From Vicinamibacterales bacterium (GTDB lineage Bacteria > Acidobacteriota > Vicinamibacteria > Vicinamibacterales > 2-12-FULL-66-21), in NCBI GenBank assembly GCA_035463475.1, contig DATHTE010000133.1:3056-67055 (forward strand): a stretch of 64,000 bases of DNA. The letters are read 5' to 3'. This document shows positions 18,319-28,254 of the stretch, in pieces. Positions within the stretch are counted from its first letter, which is position 1. Each line of letters opens with the position of its first letter. The translations under genes were made by a program, and so were the position numbers. The notes under the pieces were generated by a model. It made no database searches. It was not told the DNA's origin and saw only the letters and a list, made by a program, of their open reading frames with translations.

Positions 18319-18711
18319 ATGGTCGAGACGTCGAGACCGCGTCGCGTGCTGATCGTGGAAGACGACGCCGACAGCCGGCAGATGCTCTCCCTGTTTCTGT
18401 CCCAGCACGGCTACGAGGTTGACGTCGCCTCGTCGCTCACCGAGGGCCTGAACAAGCTCGAACGCCCGTGGGACGTCGTCCTGAGCGACCTCGGCCTTCC
18501 CGACGGCAGCGGCCTGGAGATAGGCCGGAAGGCCGCTCGCCTGCCGCGGCCGCCTGAAAAGCTGATTGCATTCACCGGATACGGCACGAGCGACGACATC
18601 CAGGCAACGCGAGACGCGGGGTTCCAGGATCACGTCGTCAAACCGATCGATCCCAACAAACTGCTCCAAATCCTCGGCGGCACCTTGACCGTACCTACCC
18701 CAAGCCGCTGA
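18319..18711 (+). CDS. Single-domain response regulator (CheY-like receiver)
   Basis: MVETSRPRRVLIVEDDADSRQML...VVLSDLGLPDGSG...VKPID, with the acidic pocket DD, phospho-acceptor D and conserved K. An alternative upstream ATG lies at 18226. Confidence 0.85.
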   Translation: MVETSRPRRVLIVEDDADSRQMLSLFLSQHGYEVDVASSLTEGLNKLERPWDVVLSDLGLPDGSGLEIGRKAARLPRPPEKLIAFTGYGTSDDIQATRDAGFQDHVVKPIDPNKLLQILGGTLTVPTPSR

Positions 18712-18744
18712 CGCGTGGTGCACGCCGATGTCCGCGAGGTCCAC

Positions 18745-20970
18745 ATGAAACGCGCTGAACGAGTCCTCACTTTCTTGATCTGCGCATCCGCATTCGCGGC
18801 CGGCCTGGCCGCGCAACAGGCGGCGCCCCCGCAGCGGTCGCTGCACTACCCCGACACGCGCCAGGGGGACGTGGTGACCGATTACCACGGCACGAAAGTC
18901 CCCGACCCGTACCGATGGATGGAAGACCTGAACTCGAAGGAGGTGGCGGACTGGGTGGCGGCCCAGAACAAGGTGACGTTCGGGTACCTCGAGTCGCTGC
19001 CGGTCCGCAAGCACCTCCGCGACCGCATCGAACAGCTCTGGAACTACCCCAAGACCACGCTCCCGGTGCTCGAGGCCGGCCGGCTGTTCTACCGGAAGAA
19101 CAGCGGCCTCCAGAAACAATCGCCGATCTACGTGCGCGCGAGCCTGACCTCGGAACCGACCCTGCTCATCGATCCGAACCAGGACAACGCCTTCTGGAAG
19201 AACGGCGATGTGGCGCTCGCGGCATTCGCGCCGTCGCCGGACGGCAAGTACGTCGCCTATACGACGTCGGAAGGTGGCGCGGACTGGCAGACGGTCCACG
19301 TGCTCGACGTCGCGACAAAGCAAGACCTCGGCGACCAGGTGAACTGGATGCGCTTCTCAGGGCTTTCCTGGACAAAAGACGGGAAGGGGTTCTTCTACTC
19401 GCGTTATCCCGAACCGCCGCAGGGGAAGGCGCTGGCCGCGGCGCTTTCGGGGCAGGCCGTCTACTACCACCGCGTCGGCACGCCGCAGGCGCAGGACGTC
19501 CTGATCTACGAGCGGAAGGACCTGCCGTCGTGGTTCGTCAACGGCGGCGTGACGGAAGACGGGCGCTACCTGCTCATCGCGCTCGCGCAGGGATCCGACA
19601 ACAAGAACCGTCTGTATTTCGCCGACCTCGGCGATCCGATGCAGCCGAACGTGAAGGCCGCGGTCACGCCTCTCGTCGAAGCCGACGACGCGGAGTACGC
19701 GCCGTTCGGCAACCAGGGACCGGTCCTGTTCCTGCGCAGCGATAAAGATGCGCCGAACCGCAAGGTGATCGCGCTCGACGTGCGCAACCCGCAGCCCGCC
19801 AACTGGAAGACGATCGTCCCCGAGCAGAAACAGGCGATCGAGAGCGTCTCGTTCATCGGCGGGCGCATCGTCGCCGAGTACCTCGTGGACGTGCAGAGCC
19901 GGCTGTCGATGTTCGCGGGGGACGGGAAGCCGTTGGGCGACCTGAAGCTCCCCGGCACCGGGACCGTGGCCGGCGTGCGCGGCCGTGAAGACGCGCCGAC
20001 GATCTTCTACAGCTTCACCTCGCCGCTCTACCCGACGACGGTGTTCGCGTACGACCCGAAGACAAGTGGGAGCACGCCATTCGAAGCCGCGAAGCCGCCG
20101 ATCGACGTGAGCCAGTACGAAACGCGGCAGTTCTTTGCCACCTCGAAAGACGGAACGCGCGTCCCGTTCTTCCTGACGACGAGAAAGGGGCTTCCGCGGA
20201 ACGGGCAGAACCCGACGATGCTGTACGGTTACGGCGGGTTCTCGGTCACCACGTCGCCGACGTATCGACCGGAGGTTCCGGCGTGGCTCGAGCTGGGGGG
20301 CATCTGGGTGACCGCCAACATGCGCGGTGGTTCGGAGTACGGAGAAGCCTGGCACAAGGCGGGGATGCTCGAGAAGAAGCAGAACGTGTTCGACGACTTC
20401 ATCGCGGTGGCGGAACATCTGGTGCGGGAGAAGTACACGTCTCCTTCGAAGCTGGCGATCATGGGGGGCTCGAACGGCGGGCTGCTGGTTGGCGCGGTGA
20501 TGGAGCAGCGCCCGGATCTGTTCGCCGTGGCGCTGCCCGCCGTCGGCGTGATGGACATGCTCCGCTACGACCACTTCACCGGCGGGAAGGCGTGGGCCAC
20601 GGAGTACGGCTCATCGTCGAGTCCCGAGCAGTTCAAGTTCCTCATCAAGTACTCGCCGTTACATAACATCAAGCCGGGGACCTGCTACCCGGCGACGTTC
20701 GTCACGACGGCGGACCATGACGACCGCGTGGTGCCGAGCCATTCGTTCAAGTTCACGGCGGCGCTGCAGAAGGCGCAGGGGTGCAGCAACCCGGTCCTGA
20801 TTCGCGTGGAAACCGCGGGCTCGCACGGCTACCGGCCGACGAACAAGCGGATCGAGGAACTCGCCGACCAGTGGGCGTTCACGGCGGCGCAGATGGGGCT
20901 GACGGTCCCCGCGCTTGTCACCGTCGCCCGTCTTTCGTACGCTGAGGCGCGGCACTTCGCTGTCACGTGA
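18745..20970 (+). CDS. Prolyl oligopeptidase (S9A family serine peptidase), secreted
   Basis: The ATG at 18745 gives MKRAERVLTFLICASAFAAGLAAQ. DPYRWMEDLNS is the N-terminal POP signature, followed by a beta-propeller region. The catalytic GGSNGGLL is present, along with C-terminal DDRV and SHG. Confidence 0.9.
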   Translation: MKRAERVLTFLICASAFAAGLAAQQAAPPQRSLHYPDTRQGDVVTDYHGTKVPDPYRWMEDLNSKEVADWVAAQNKVTFGYLESLPVRKHLRDRIEQLWNYPKTTLPVLEAGRLFYRKNSGLQKQSPIYVRASLTSEPTLLIDPNQDNAFWKNGDVALAAFAPSPDGKYVAYTTSEGGADWQTVHVLDVATKQDLGDQVNWMRFSGLSWTKDGKGFFYSRYPEPPQGKALAAALSGQAVYYHRVGTPQAQDVLIYERKDLPSWFVNGGVTEDGRYLLIALAQGSDNKNRLYFADLGDPMQPNVKAAVTPLVEADDAEYAPFGNQGPVLFLRSDKDAPNRKVIALDVRNPQPANWKTIVPEQKQAIESVSFIGGRIVAEYLVDVQSRLSMFAGDGKPLGDLKLPGTGTVAGVRGREDAPTIFYSFTSPLYPTTVFAYDPKTSGSTPFEAAKPPIDVSQYETRQFFATSKDGTRVPFFLTTRKGLPRNGQNPTMLYGYGGFSVTTSPTYRPEVPAWLELGGIWVTANMRGGSEYGEAWHKAGMLEKKQNVFDDFIAVAEHLVREKYTSPSKLAIMGGSNGGLLVGAVMEQRPDLFAVALPAVGVMDMLRYDHFTGGKAWATEYGSSSSPEQFKFLIKYSPLHNIKPGTCYPATFVTTADHDDRVVPSHSFKFTAALQKAQGCSNPVLIRVETAGSHGYRPTNKRIEELADQWAFTAAQMGLTVPALVTVARLSYAEARHFAVT

Positions 20971-21126
20971 GAGCTGTCGCGCTCGATCGTCCGCGTCGTC
21001 CGGCGCGTCCTCGTAGGCGATCCGATCGGCGAACGCCCATCCGTCCCGTCCGAGAGGTGAGAGAATCGAAGACGGTGGCCTGGATGAGGCGTCAACAGCG
21101 GCGCCAGACGGCCTGGTTGATTGTCG

Positions 21127-24100
21127 ATGGCGAAGAAACGCAGCCGTTCCAAAATCACGCGGCCTGAGAGACGAGCGCTGGACAAGCCAGCGGCTCCAGA
21201 GCGCCAGCTACAGACGCCCGCGGTCTCGAGGTCGGTGGAACCGGCCCCTCCGGCGGACTCAGGAGCCGCGGCCGTGACGGCTCCCCCGACCGTCGTCGCG
21301 GTCGGGGCATCGGCCGGCGGGCTCGACGCCTTTTCGCAGATCCTCGACCGGCTCGCGCCGTCGCCCGGTGTCGCGTTCGTCTTCGTCCAGCACCTGTCGC
21401 CGCAGTACGAGAGCGCCCTGGCGACGTTGTTGTCCGCCAGGACCCCTCTGCCGGTTGTCCAGGCGACGGACAGGATGCAGATCGAGGCGAACCACGTGTA
21501 CGTGATGCCCCCCAACGTGCACATGGAAATCGCGGACGGGCGTCTCAGGTTGCTGCCCAGACCGCACGATCGAACGCAGTTCACCCCGATTGACTTCTTC
21601 TTCGAATCGCTCGCCCGCTGGGCGCAGGAGCGGGCGATCGGGGTGATCCTGTCGGGCACCGCGTCGGACGGCGCCGTCGGCGTTCGCGAGATCAAAGCGG
21701 TGGGCGGAATCACCATCGCCCAGAGGCCGGAGTCCGCAAGGTATGACGGCATGCCACGAGCGGCAATCGCGACCGGCATGGTCGACCTGGTGCTCTCACC
21801 TAACGAGATCGCCGAGCACATCGGTCACATTCATCAGCATCCGTACCTGGTTCGAAGACCAAGCGCGGAACCTGGCGAGGAGCTCGGGCCGACCGAGGAG
21901 CAGTTGGGGGAGTTCTTCGCGTTGCTGCGGCGTACCTGCGGCATCGATTTCAGGCATTACAAACCGCCGACGGTGCGACGACGGCTGCTGCGTCGCATGG
22001 CCCTCCATCGCCTGACCGACGTCAGCGCCTACCTCCGCTACATGCGCGAGCAACCGGGCGAAATCACGTCTCTCTGCCAGGACCTTCTGATTCACGTCAC
22101 CCGATTCTTCCGGGACCCGGAAGCGTTCAAGGCGCTGGAGGCCCACGTCCTTCCCGAAATCGCCCTGGCGCGGACGGAGGTACCGATCCGGATCTGGGTT
22201 CCCGGCTGCGCCACGGGGGAAGAAGCGTACAGCGTCGCGATCGTGCTCATGGAGATGCTGGGCGATCGGGCGGCCGGACGGAGGATCCAGATCTTCGCCA
22301 CGGACGTCAGCGAAGCGGCGATCGAGCGTGCGCGCGCCGGGACCTACACGCCGGAGATCTCGGCCGACGTGTCGCCGGAACGGCTGAAGCGGTTTTTCAC
22401 GAAGTCCGACGGGGGCTATCGGGTCTCCAAGATCCTGCGCGACGTGTGCGTGTTCGCGCGGCACGATCTCGCTCAAGACCCCCCGTTCTCGCGCATCGAT
22501 CTCATCGTGTGCCGGAACGTGCTGATCTACCTCGACTCGGCGCTGCAGAAGCGCCTGATCACGGTCTTTCACTACGCGCTCAAGACACGAGGGTTCCTGA
22601 TGCTCGGATCCGCTGAAACCACGGGCACCCAGGCCTCCTTTGCCGTCGTCGACAAGAAATGGCGGATCTATCGGAAGGCGCCCGTCGAGGCGGTCGTCAC
22701 CCTCGCCATGCCGGCGGAACGGCTGCCCGAGCTTCGCCCGGACAGGCCGGCGACGCACGCCGTGCCGCATCCGGAGGGTCAGTCGGTTCAGGAGGAAGCG
22801 AACCGCGTCCTCCTCGAGAAGTACGGCCCGCCCGGCGTGGTGGTCGACACGAATCTCGAGATCGTTCACTTTCGCGGCCATACCGGCGCGTATCTCGAGG
22901 CGCCATCCGGCGAGCCGAGCCTGAACGTGCTGAAGATGGCGCGGGGAGGACTGCTCCACACGCTGCGATCGGCGCTGAATACCGTGCGCCGGAAGCGACG
23001 CCCGTTTCGCAAGGAAGGGGTGCTCGTTCAGCGCAATGGCGAACGGCGGCCCGTCACCCTCGAGGTCCTGCCGTTCACCACGTCGCGTGGCGAGTACTTC
23101 CTCATTCTCTTCGAGACGCCGTCGGCCCGCACGAAGCCGACCAGGGGCAGACCCGCGGCCGGCGCGACTGCGAAGAAGCGGGATGCCGCCACGGATGCGC
23201 AAGTCGCGGACCTCCGCCGCGAGCTGGCCGCCAACCGCGAGTACCTGCAGTCCATCATCCCGGAGCTCGAGACCGCCAACGAGGAGCTGCAGGCGGCCAA
23301 CGAAGAGATCCTGTCCAGTAACGAAGAACTGCAGAGCACGAACGAAGAGCTGGATACCGCTAAGGAGGAGCTGCAGAGCACGAATGAAGAGCTCAATACG
23401 CTGAACGAAGAGTTACACTCCCGCAACGAGGAACTGGCGCGAGTGAACAGCGACCTCTTCAACGTTCTCCGCAGCGCTGACTTGCCGATCGTCATCATCG
23501 GCGACGACCTGGCCATTCGACGGTTCACGCCCGCGGCCGAGCGGCTCTTCAACCTCATTCCGGGGGACGTGGGGCGTCCGATCCGTCAGATCAACCCGAA
23601 CGTCGTCTCTGAGAACCTCGACGACCTCGTCCGTGCCACTATTGGCGGTGCCGAATCGCAGGAGCGCGAAGTCCAGGACCGCGAAGGACGCTGGTACTCG
23701 CTCGGCATCCGCCCATACAGGAGCGACGACAAACGGCTCGACGGCGTCGTGCTGACCGCGATCGACATCGATGCCGCAAAGCGCTACCAGCGGCAGGTCG
23801 AGCGATCCCGCGATTACTTCATGGCGGTCATCGAGACCGTCAGCCAGCCGCTGCTGGTCCTCGACTCGCACCTGCGAGTACAGACGGCGAACAAGAGCTT
23901 CTGTGAGCGGTTCCAGACCGACGTCCAGGAGACGCAAGGCAAGTCGATCAACGACCTCGCGGGCGGACGGCTGGACACCGCCGAGTTGCATGCGACACTC
24001 GCCGCCACGGTTGCTGACGAGGCGCCGCATCGCGTACGAATCGCGAAGGTCATGGCTCAAACGGATGCGAGCGTGGTGATCACGGCGCGAGGCTTCGATC

Positions 24101-24165
24101 TCGGCGACGGAGAACATTGGATTCTCGTGGCCATGGACATCGCCGATGCGCAGCAAAGGGCCTAA
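21127..24165 (+). CDS. CheB methylesterase - CheR methyltransferase fusion with coiled-coil and PAS modules
   Basis: VVAVGASAGGLDAF (CheB-like), IRIWVPGCATGEEAYSVAI and LIVCRNVLIYL (CheR SAM fold), a NEEL heptad run (ANEELQAANEEILSSNEELQSTNEELDTAKEELQSTNEELNTLNEEL), then PAS-like repeats. The ORF track begins at a TTG at 21121. Confidence 0.9.
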   Translation: MAKKRSRSKITRPERRALDKPAAPERQLQTPAVSRSVEPAPPADSGAAAVTAPPTVVAVGASAGGLDAFSQILDRLAPSPGVAFVFVQHLSPQYESALATLLSARTPLPVVQATDRMQIEANHVYVMPPNVHMEIADGRLRLLPRPHDRTQFTPIDFFFESLARWAQERAIGVILSGTASDGAVGVREIKAVGGITIAQRPESARYDGMPRAAIATGMVDLVLSPNEIAEHIGHIHQHPYLVRRPSAEPGEELGPTEEQLGEFFALLRRTCGIDFRHYKPPTVRRRLLRRMALHRLTDVSAYLRYMREQPGEITSLCQDLLIHVTRFFRDPEAFKALEAHVLPEIALARTEVPIRIWVPGCATGEEAYSVAIVLMEMLGDRAAGRRIQIFATDVSEAAIERARAGTYTPEISADVSPERLKRFFTKSDGGYRVSKILRDVCVFARHDLAQDPPFSRIDLIVCRNVLIYLDSALQKRLITVFHYALKTRGFLMLGSAETTGTQASFAVVDKKWRIYRKAPVEAVVTLAMPAERLPELRPDRPATHAVPHPEGQSVQEEANRVLLEKYGPPGVVVDTNLEIVHFRGHTGAYLEAPSGEPSLNVLKMARGGLLHTLRSALNTVRRKRRPFRKEGVLVQRNGERRPVTLEVLPFTTSRGEYFLILFETPSARTKPTRGRPAAGATAKKRDAATDAQVADLRRELAANREYLQSIIPELETANEELQAANEEILSSNEELQSTNEELDTAKEELQSTNEELNTLNEELHSRNEELARVNSDLFNVLRSADLPIVIIGDDLAIRRFTPAAERLFNLIPGDVGRPIRQINPNVVSENLDDLVRATIGGAESQEREVQDREGRWYSLGIRPYRSDDKRLDGVVLTAIDIDAAKRYQRQVERSRDYFMAVIETVSQPLLVLDSHLRVQTANKSFCERFQTDVQETQGKSINDLAGGRLDTAELHATLAATVADEAPHRVRIAKVMAQTDASVVITARGFDLGDGEHWILVAMDIADAQQRA

Positions 24166-25870
24166 GACCGCGGCTCCGAGCCGCAACGCCAGGCTGCGCT
24201 CACGCCGCTCCGGCAGCGGCTCACGTCGATCCGCGCCATTTCCTGAAGAAGTTCAGCGGGAACTGCGGACGGCAAACCGGGAGCTCAGCACCCAGGTGCG
24301 AGCGCTAACCGACACCCAGAAACAACTCCAGCAGACGCGCGCGCACTACGTCGAGCTCTTCGATTTTGCCCCCGTCACGTACGCGCTGCTCGATTCGGTC
24401 GGGTTGATCCTGAACGTCAGCCTCGCGGGGTGCCGGCTGCTGAACATCCAGCGAAGCCATCTCATCGGCCACCCGCTCCTCTCGTTCGTCGTCCAGGAGG
24501 ATCGACGCGAGATGCTGGAGCACCTGCGCCGGTGCCGAACGGGAACGGGTGTCGTGGAGAGCGAGATACGCTTCTCATCGCGAGACGGCCGGCGTGTGAC
24601 ATGTCGGCTTCACAGCAGGGCCGCGTCGTACGACGGCCGGGACCTCGTTCCGACGCTTATTGTCGACCAGACCGAGCACCTGGCGCTCGACGAAGCGCGC
24701 CTGGCCGCCGAACGGCGGCGGGAACAGGCAGAACGCGATGCGCAGGCTGCCATGGCGGCCAACGCGTTGAAGGACCGGCTCATCGCGACCGTGAGCCACG
24801 AGCTGCGCACCCCCCTCACGCCCGCGCTCTTCGCGGCAAGCCATCTGGCGGCAGCGGACGGGCTCTCCGGCGACGTGAGAACGCTGGCGGCCACGATCAA
24901 GCGAAACATCGAGTTCGAGGCGCGCCTGATCGACGACCTCCTCGACGTTGCGTGTATCAATCGAAACGCCCTCGAGCTTCGACTGGAGACGGTCGATGTG
25001 CACATGGTCATCGATGAGGCGGTCGAGACGTGCCGTGCGGACGCCCGCCAGGGCGACGTGGCAATCCAGACGCACCTGACGGCGCCGGCTCATCACGTGC
25101 GCGGTGACCGGGTCCGCCTGCGACAGGTGTTCTGGAACCTCCTGAACAACGCCGTCAAGTTCACGGGGCCCGGCGGCCGGATCATCGTCGCTTCCAGCAA
25201 TGGATCGGACACCGCACTCCGGGTGACGATTCGCGACGAAGGGGTGGGCATGGAACCCGTCGTTCTCGAGAGCCTCTTTGCCCCCTTCGAGCACAGGCCA
25301 GTGCAGCCGGAGAGTCGGACGGGCCTGGGCCTGGGATTGTCGATCTGCAAAGGGATCGTCGCCTTGCACGGCGGCCAGATCTGGGCCAGCAGCGAGGGGC
25401 CGGGCCGTGGCTCCACGTTCGGAGTCGAGCTGAACACCACGGTCGGTCCGGAAGCGCAGACGGCTGCGGAGGGGGCGCCTGACACCGCGCGCGAGGCCTC
25501 GACGGGGCGGCGCGTGCTCATCGTCGAAGACGACGCGGACAGCGGCCACCTGCTCTCTCTCTTCCTGTCTACGCAGGGTTATGAAGTCGAGGTCGCGTCT
25601 TCGCTCGCCGAGGCTCTCAGCAAGCTCGATCGACCGTGGGACGTCGTCATCAGCGACATCGGCCTTTCAGACGGCAGCGGCCTCGAGGTGGCGCGGCGCG
25701 CCGTCCGCCTGCCACGGCCGCCGGAACGACTGATTGCGTTGACCGGATACGGCACGAGCGACGACCTCGAGGCGACCCGCGAGGCCGGATTCCACGATCA
25801 CGTCGTCAAGCCGATCGATCCCCACAAACTGCTGCGCACGATCGGCGACCCGGCGAAGATCCCCACCTAA
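24146..25870 (+). CDS. Hybrid sensor histidine kinase / response regulator with PAS domain
   Basis: H-box ATVSHELRTPLTP, N-box WNLLNNAVKF, G-boxes IRDEGVGM and GLGLGLSICKGIV, and a C-terminal receiver RRVLIVEDDADSG...VISDIGLSDGSG...VKPID. It overlaps the CheB-CheR gene by 20 bp. Confidence 0.9.
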   Translation: MRSKGPKTAAPSRNARLRSRRSGSGSRRSAPFPEEVQRELRTANRELSTQVRALTDTQKQLQQTRAHYVELFDFAPVTYALLDSVGLILNVSLAGCRLLNIQRSHLIGHPLLSFVVQEDRREMLEHLRRCRTGTGVVESEIRFSSRDGRRVTCRLHSRAASYDGRDLVPTLIVDQTEHLALDEARLAAERRREQAERDAQAAMAANALKDRLIATVSHELRTPLTPALFAASHLAAADGLSGDVRTLAATIKRNIEFEARLIDDLLDVACINRNALELRLETVDVHMVIDEAVETCRADARQGDVAIQTHLTAPAHHVRGDRVRLRQVFWNLLNNAVKFTGPGGRIIVASSNGSDTALRVTIRDEGVGMEPVVLESLFAPFEHRPVQPESRTGLGLGLSICKGIVALHGGQIWASSEGPGRGSTFGVELNTTVGPEAQTAAEGAPDTAREASTGRRVLIVEDDADSGHLLSLFLSTQGYEVEVASSLAEALSKLDRPWDVVISDIGLSDGSGLEVARRAVRLPRPPERLIALTGYGTSDDLEATREAGFHDHVVKPIDPHKLLRTIGDPAKIPT

Positions 25871-25990
25871 TGCCCAACGGCCCACGAGGGCCCTTGTGTT
25901 GACGGCGCTGAGCTGTAGACAGATCGCGGAGCGGTCCCGCGCGCGGAACCGGGGCGCGACCAGCGGCTGTCGGCTCGCCAGAGTTTCCAG

Positions 25991-26033
25991 CGTACCTGCG
26001 TCAACAGCAGCGCGCTTCGGGGCGCTTCGGGTT
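25991..26033 (-). repeat. Copy B of a 30-bp intergenic repeat (plus a local duplication of CCGAAGCGC)
   Basis: The reverse complement of 25991-26020 is CCGAAGCGCGCTGCTGTTGACGCAGGTACG, matching 31980-32009 at 29 of 30 positions. Confidence 0.9.
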
Positions 26034-26057
26034 AAGCGTTGCTGACGCGGCGGACAT

Positions 26058-26693
26058 TCACGAGGCCATCGCGAGCGTGGCGACGCTCGTCACGACGAGG
26101 GCTACCGCCCACACCAGGTCGAGATTGATCCAAGCCTTGCGCAGCAGTCCGACGCCGAGCTTCTCGAACACCACCAGCGCGACGAGGGCGCTGACGGCGA
26201 GGTAACCGGCGCTGTGGATCATCGTCGCGCCGGCCGCGGACCAGGCACCGGCGCCCGCGGCGTGAAGGGCGCAGTGCTGGGCGGAGGTCCCACCCAGCAC
26301 GAGCGGCAGTACCATCAGCCCCGCGCCGTGCGCGGAGGCCATCAGGAACGACCACACCGTCAGGTCCTTCATCCCCACCTGCATGCCGACCCAGCGCGGG
26401 TGGCCGTGCCTGAAGAAGCGCGTGACGCCCAGCACCAGCAGCACGATGGCCACGCCCCACTGAAGCGCGCGCAACGGGACGACGGCGCCCGCGAGCAACG
26501 CCAGCATGACCGCCGCGCCGATCGCCAGCGCGTGACCCAGTGCGAGCGGGAGCATGGCGCGGTAGACGGCGGCGCGGCGGCGCTCCTGCATCCCAAGCGC
26601 AACCGCGAACAGCCATCCCATGCCGGGATTGACCCCGTGGAACGCGCCGAGGGCCAGGAGCCCCGCCCACGACCAGTTCATCGAATCGAGCAT
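26058..26693 (-). CDS. Integral membrane protein downstream of SBP56 (possible metal-handling permease)
   Basis: The ATG at complement 26693 lies 8 nt after the SBP56 stop. The 211-aa product is very hydrophobic with about 6 predicted TM segments. GAFHGVNPGMGW and RHGHPRW motifs weakly recall the H-x3-PGHG motif of NicO/RcnA-type transporters. Confidence 0.6.
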   Translation of the reverse strand: MLDSMNWSWAGLLALGAFHGVNPGMGWLFAVALGMQERRRAAVYRAMLPLALGHALAIGAAVMLALLAGAVVPLRALQWGVAIVLLVLGVTRFFRHGHPRWVGMQVGMKDLTVWSFLMASAHGAGLMVLPLVLGGTSAQHCALHAAGAGAWSAAGATMIHSAGYLAVSALVALVVFEKLGVGLLRKAWINLDLVWAVALVVTSVATLAMAS

Positions 26694-26700
26694 CGCCGCC

Positions 26701-28104
26701 TCACGCGAAGCAGTACGAATCGGACGAAGCGTCGCCTCCCTGCAGCCTGACCTGGTGCGGCCGCAGTCCGTCCGTTTCGAGCAGGAAGTTCGGGTCGAGC
26801 GCCATCCCGCCGTTCGGGTTGGCATCGAGCTTCGCCATCCAGCCACGGATGCCGTCCGGATAGAACTGCTCGTCCCAGGTGCGATACAGCGAGTTGGTCA
26901 GGTACACGCGCTTGCCGTCGCGGCTGATCTCGACCATCTGTGGACCGCCGTTCAGCGCCTTGCCCGGCTGCTTCGGGTGCGCCGCGCGCGCGGCGATGCC
27001 GCCGATCTGCACGGTCCCGGTCAGCACGGGGTTGAACGGATCGCAGACGTCGTACTGCCGCAGCTCGCCCGAGCCCCAGCAGGAGACGTAGAGGAAGCGA
27101 TCGTCGAGCGACAGGTTGATGTCGGTCACGAGCGGAGGCACCGCGCCAAAACCCTTCAGCAGGTCGGGCAGCTGCGCCGCGTCCGTCGGCTGCGCGGGGA
27201 TCTCGATCACCTTGCGGATCTTCCACTGGCTCCCGCCGTTGCTCCCCTCGCGATGCCACAGCCAGATCGAGGACGAAAGATCCTTGATGGAAGTCACGAC
27301 GCCCACAAAGCCGTAGGTTTCCGTCGGATTGTGCGCAGGACGCAGCTCGAGCACCATCTGCTGTTCGGCGCCGAGATCGAGCACCTGCTGGTGCGTGCGC
27401 TTGCGGAGGTCCCACACGTGCAGCGAGTGGCCGTACTTTCCACCCAGGAGCAGCTCGGGGTTGACGCCGGCTTCCACCATCTTCGGCGTTCCCCACTCGC
27501 TGGTGATCATCGTGTCGTGGCCGAGGTGCCACCAGAAGTCGTACGCGAGGTGCTGCGGCCCGCGGTCCGACTCCCATGTTCCGCGCACGTCGAACGTCTC
27601 GGCGTCGAGGACGAAGATCCCTCCGGGTCCGCCACCATCCGGAGAGCCGAGCGCGTTCAGGTAGATGCCGTCGGGCCCGCAGTGGGTGGTGTGAGGTCGG
27701 CTGTAACCCGTTCGCCTCGCGACCTCCTCTCCCTCGATGACCTTCACCAGGCGCGGCTTCCGAGGATCGGGCTTTGTGTCGAGGATGTGGATGCGAGACG
27801 ACCGCAGGCCGGGCACCACGAGGTAGCGCCGCTCCATGTGCGGATGCGGCGAGGAGGGGCAGAGGCAGGAGCTGCACGCGTTCCAGCCGAAATGATGCAG
27901 TTCGTCCCCCGTGCCGGGCATGTCCACCTGCTCGACCAGACGGCCGTAGCTGCTCGAGTCGGGATCGAGGTCCACCACCGCCATGGCGTCGGGCTTCTGC
28001 GGATCCGGGTTGAGCATGGCCACGTAGGCCAGCTTCTCCGGCTCTGCCGCCATCGCCATGGTGGGGGACGGGTAAAAGCTCTGATCCGGGGTCAGTCTTG
28101 GCAT
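26701..28104 (-). CDS. Selenium-binding protein family (SBP56; methanethiol-oxidase-like)
   Basis: 467 aa, with GGAGGAG 6 nt upstream of the ATG. The translation reads as full-length SBP56: FYPSPTMAMAAEPEKLAYVAMLNPD..., ELHHFGWNACSSCLCP, HCGPDGIY, WWH, GGPQMVEISRDGKRVY. Confidence 0.9.
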   Translation of the reverse strand: MPRLTPDQSFYPSPTMAMAAEPEKLAYVAMLNPDPQKPDAMAVVDLDPDSSSYGRLVEQVDMPGTGDELHHFGWNACSSCLCPSSPHPHMERRYLVVPGLRSSRIHILDTKPDPRKPRLVKVIEGEEVARRTGYSRPHTTHCGPDGIYLNALGSPDGGGPGGIFVLDAETFDVRGTWESDRGPQHLAYDFWWHLGHDTMITSEWGTPKMVEAGVNPELLLGGKYGHSLHVWDLRKRTHQQVLDLGAEQQMVLELRPAHNPTETYGFVGVVTSIKDLSSSIWLWHREGSNGGSQWKIRKVIEIPAQPTDAAQLPDLLKGFGAVPPLVTDINLSLDDRFLYVSCWGSGELRQYDVCDPFNPVLTGTVQIGGIAARAAHPKQPGKALNGGPQMVEISRDGKRVYLTNSLYRTWDEQFYPDGIRGWMAKLDANPNGGMALDPNFLLETDGLRPHQVRLQGGDASSDSYCFA

Positions 28105-28254
28105 GTCAGTCTCCTCCGTTGCCGCGTGCCGTGCGCCTGCGTAAAATGTCGACTCCTCAAAGCCGAACGGTTGTCGGGTCGAGCAGCCATTAGGCCTGAG
28201 AGCAGTCGCCGGTGTCCTTTATCAACCCTTAACCTTTGCTGAAATCTTTCTGAA

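Noticed and set aside
23270-23440. Repetitive DNA (aacgaagagctg-like units) inside the CheB-CheR gene as a mobile or non-coding repeat
   Set aside because: It is the in-frame coding of the NEEL heptad coiled-coil that is characteristic of this protein family.
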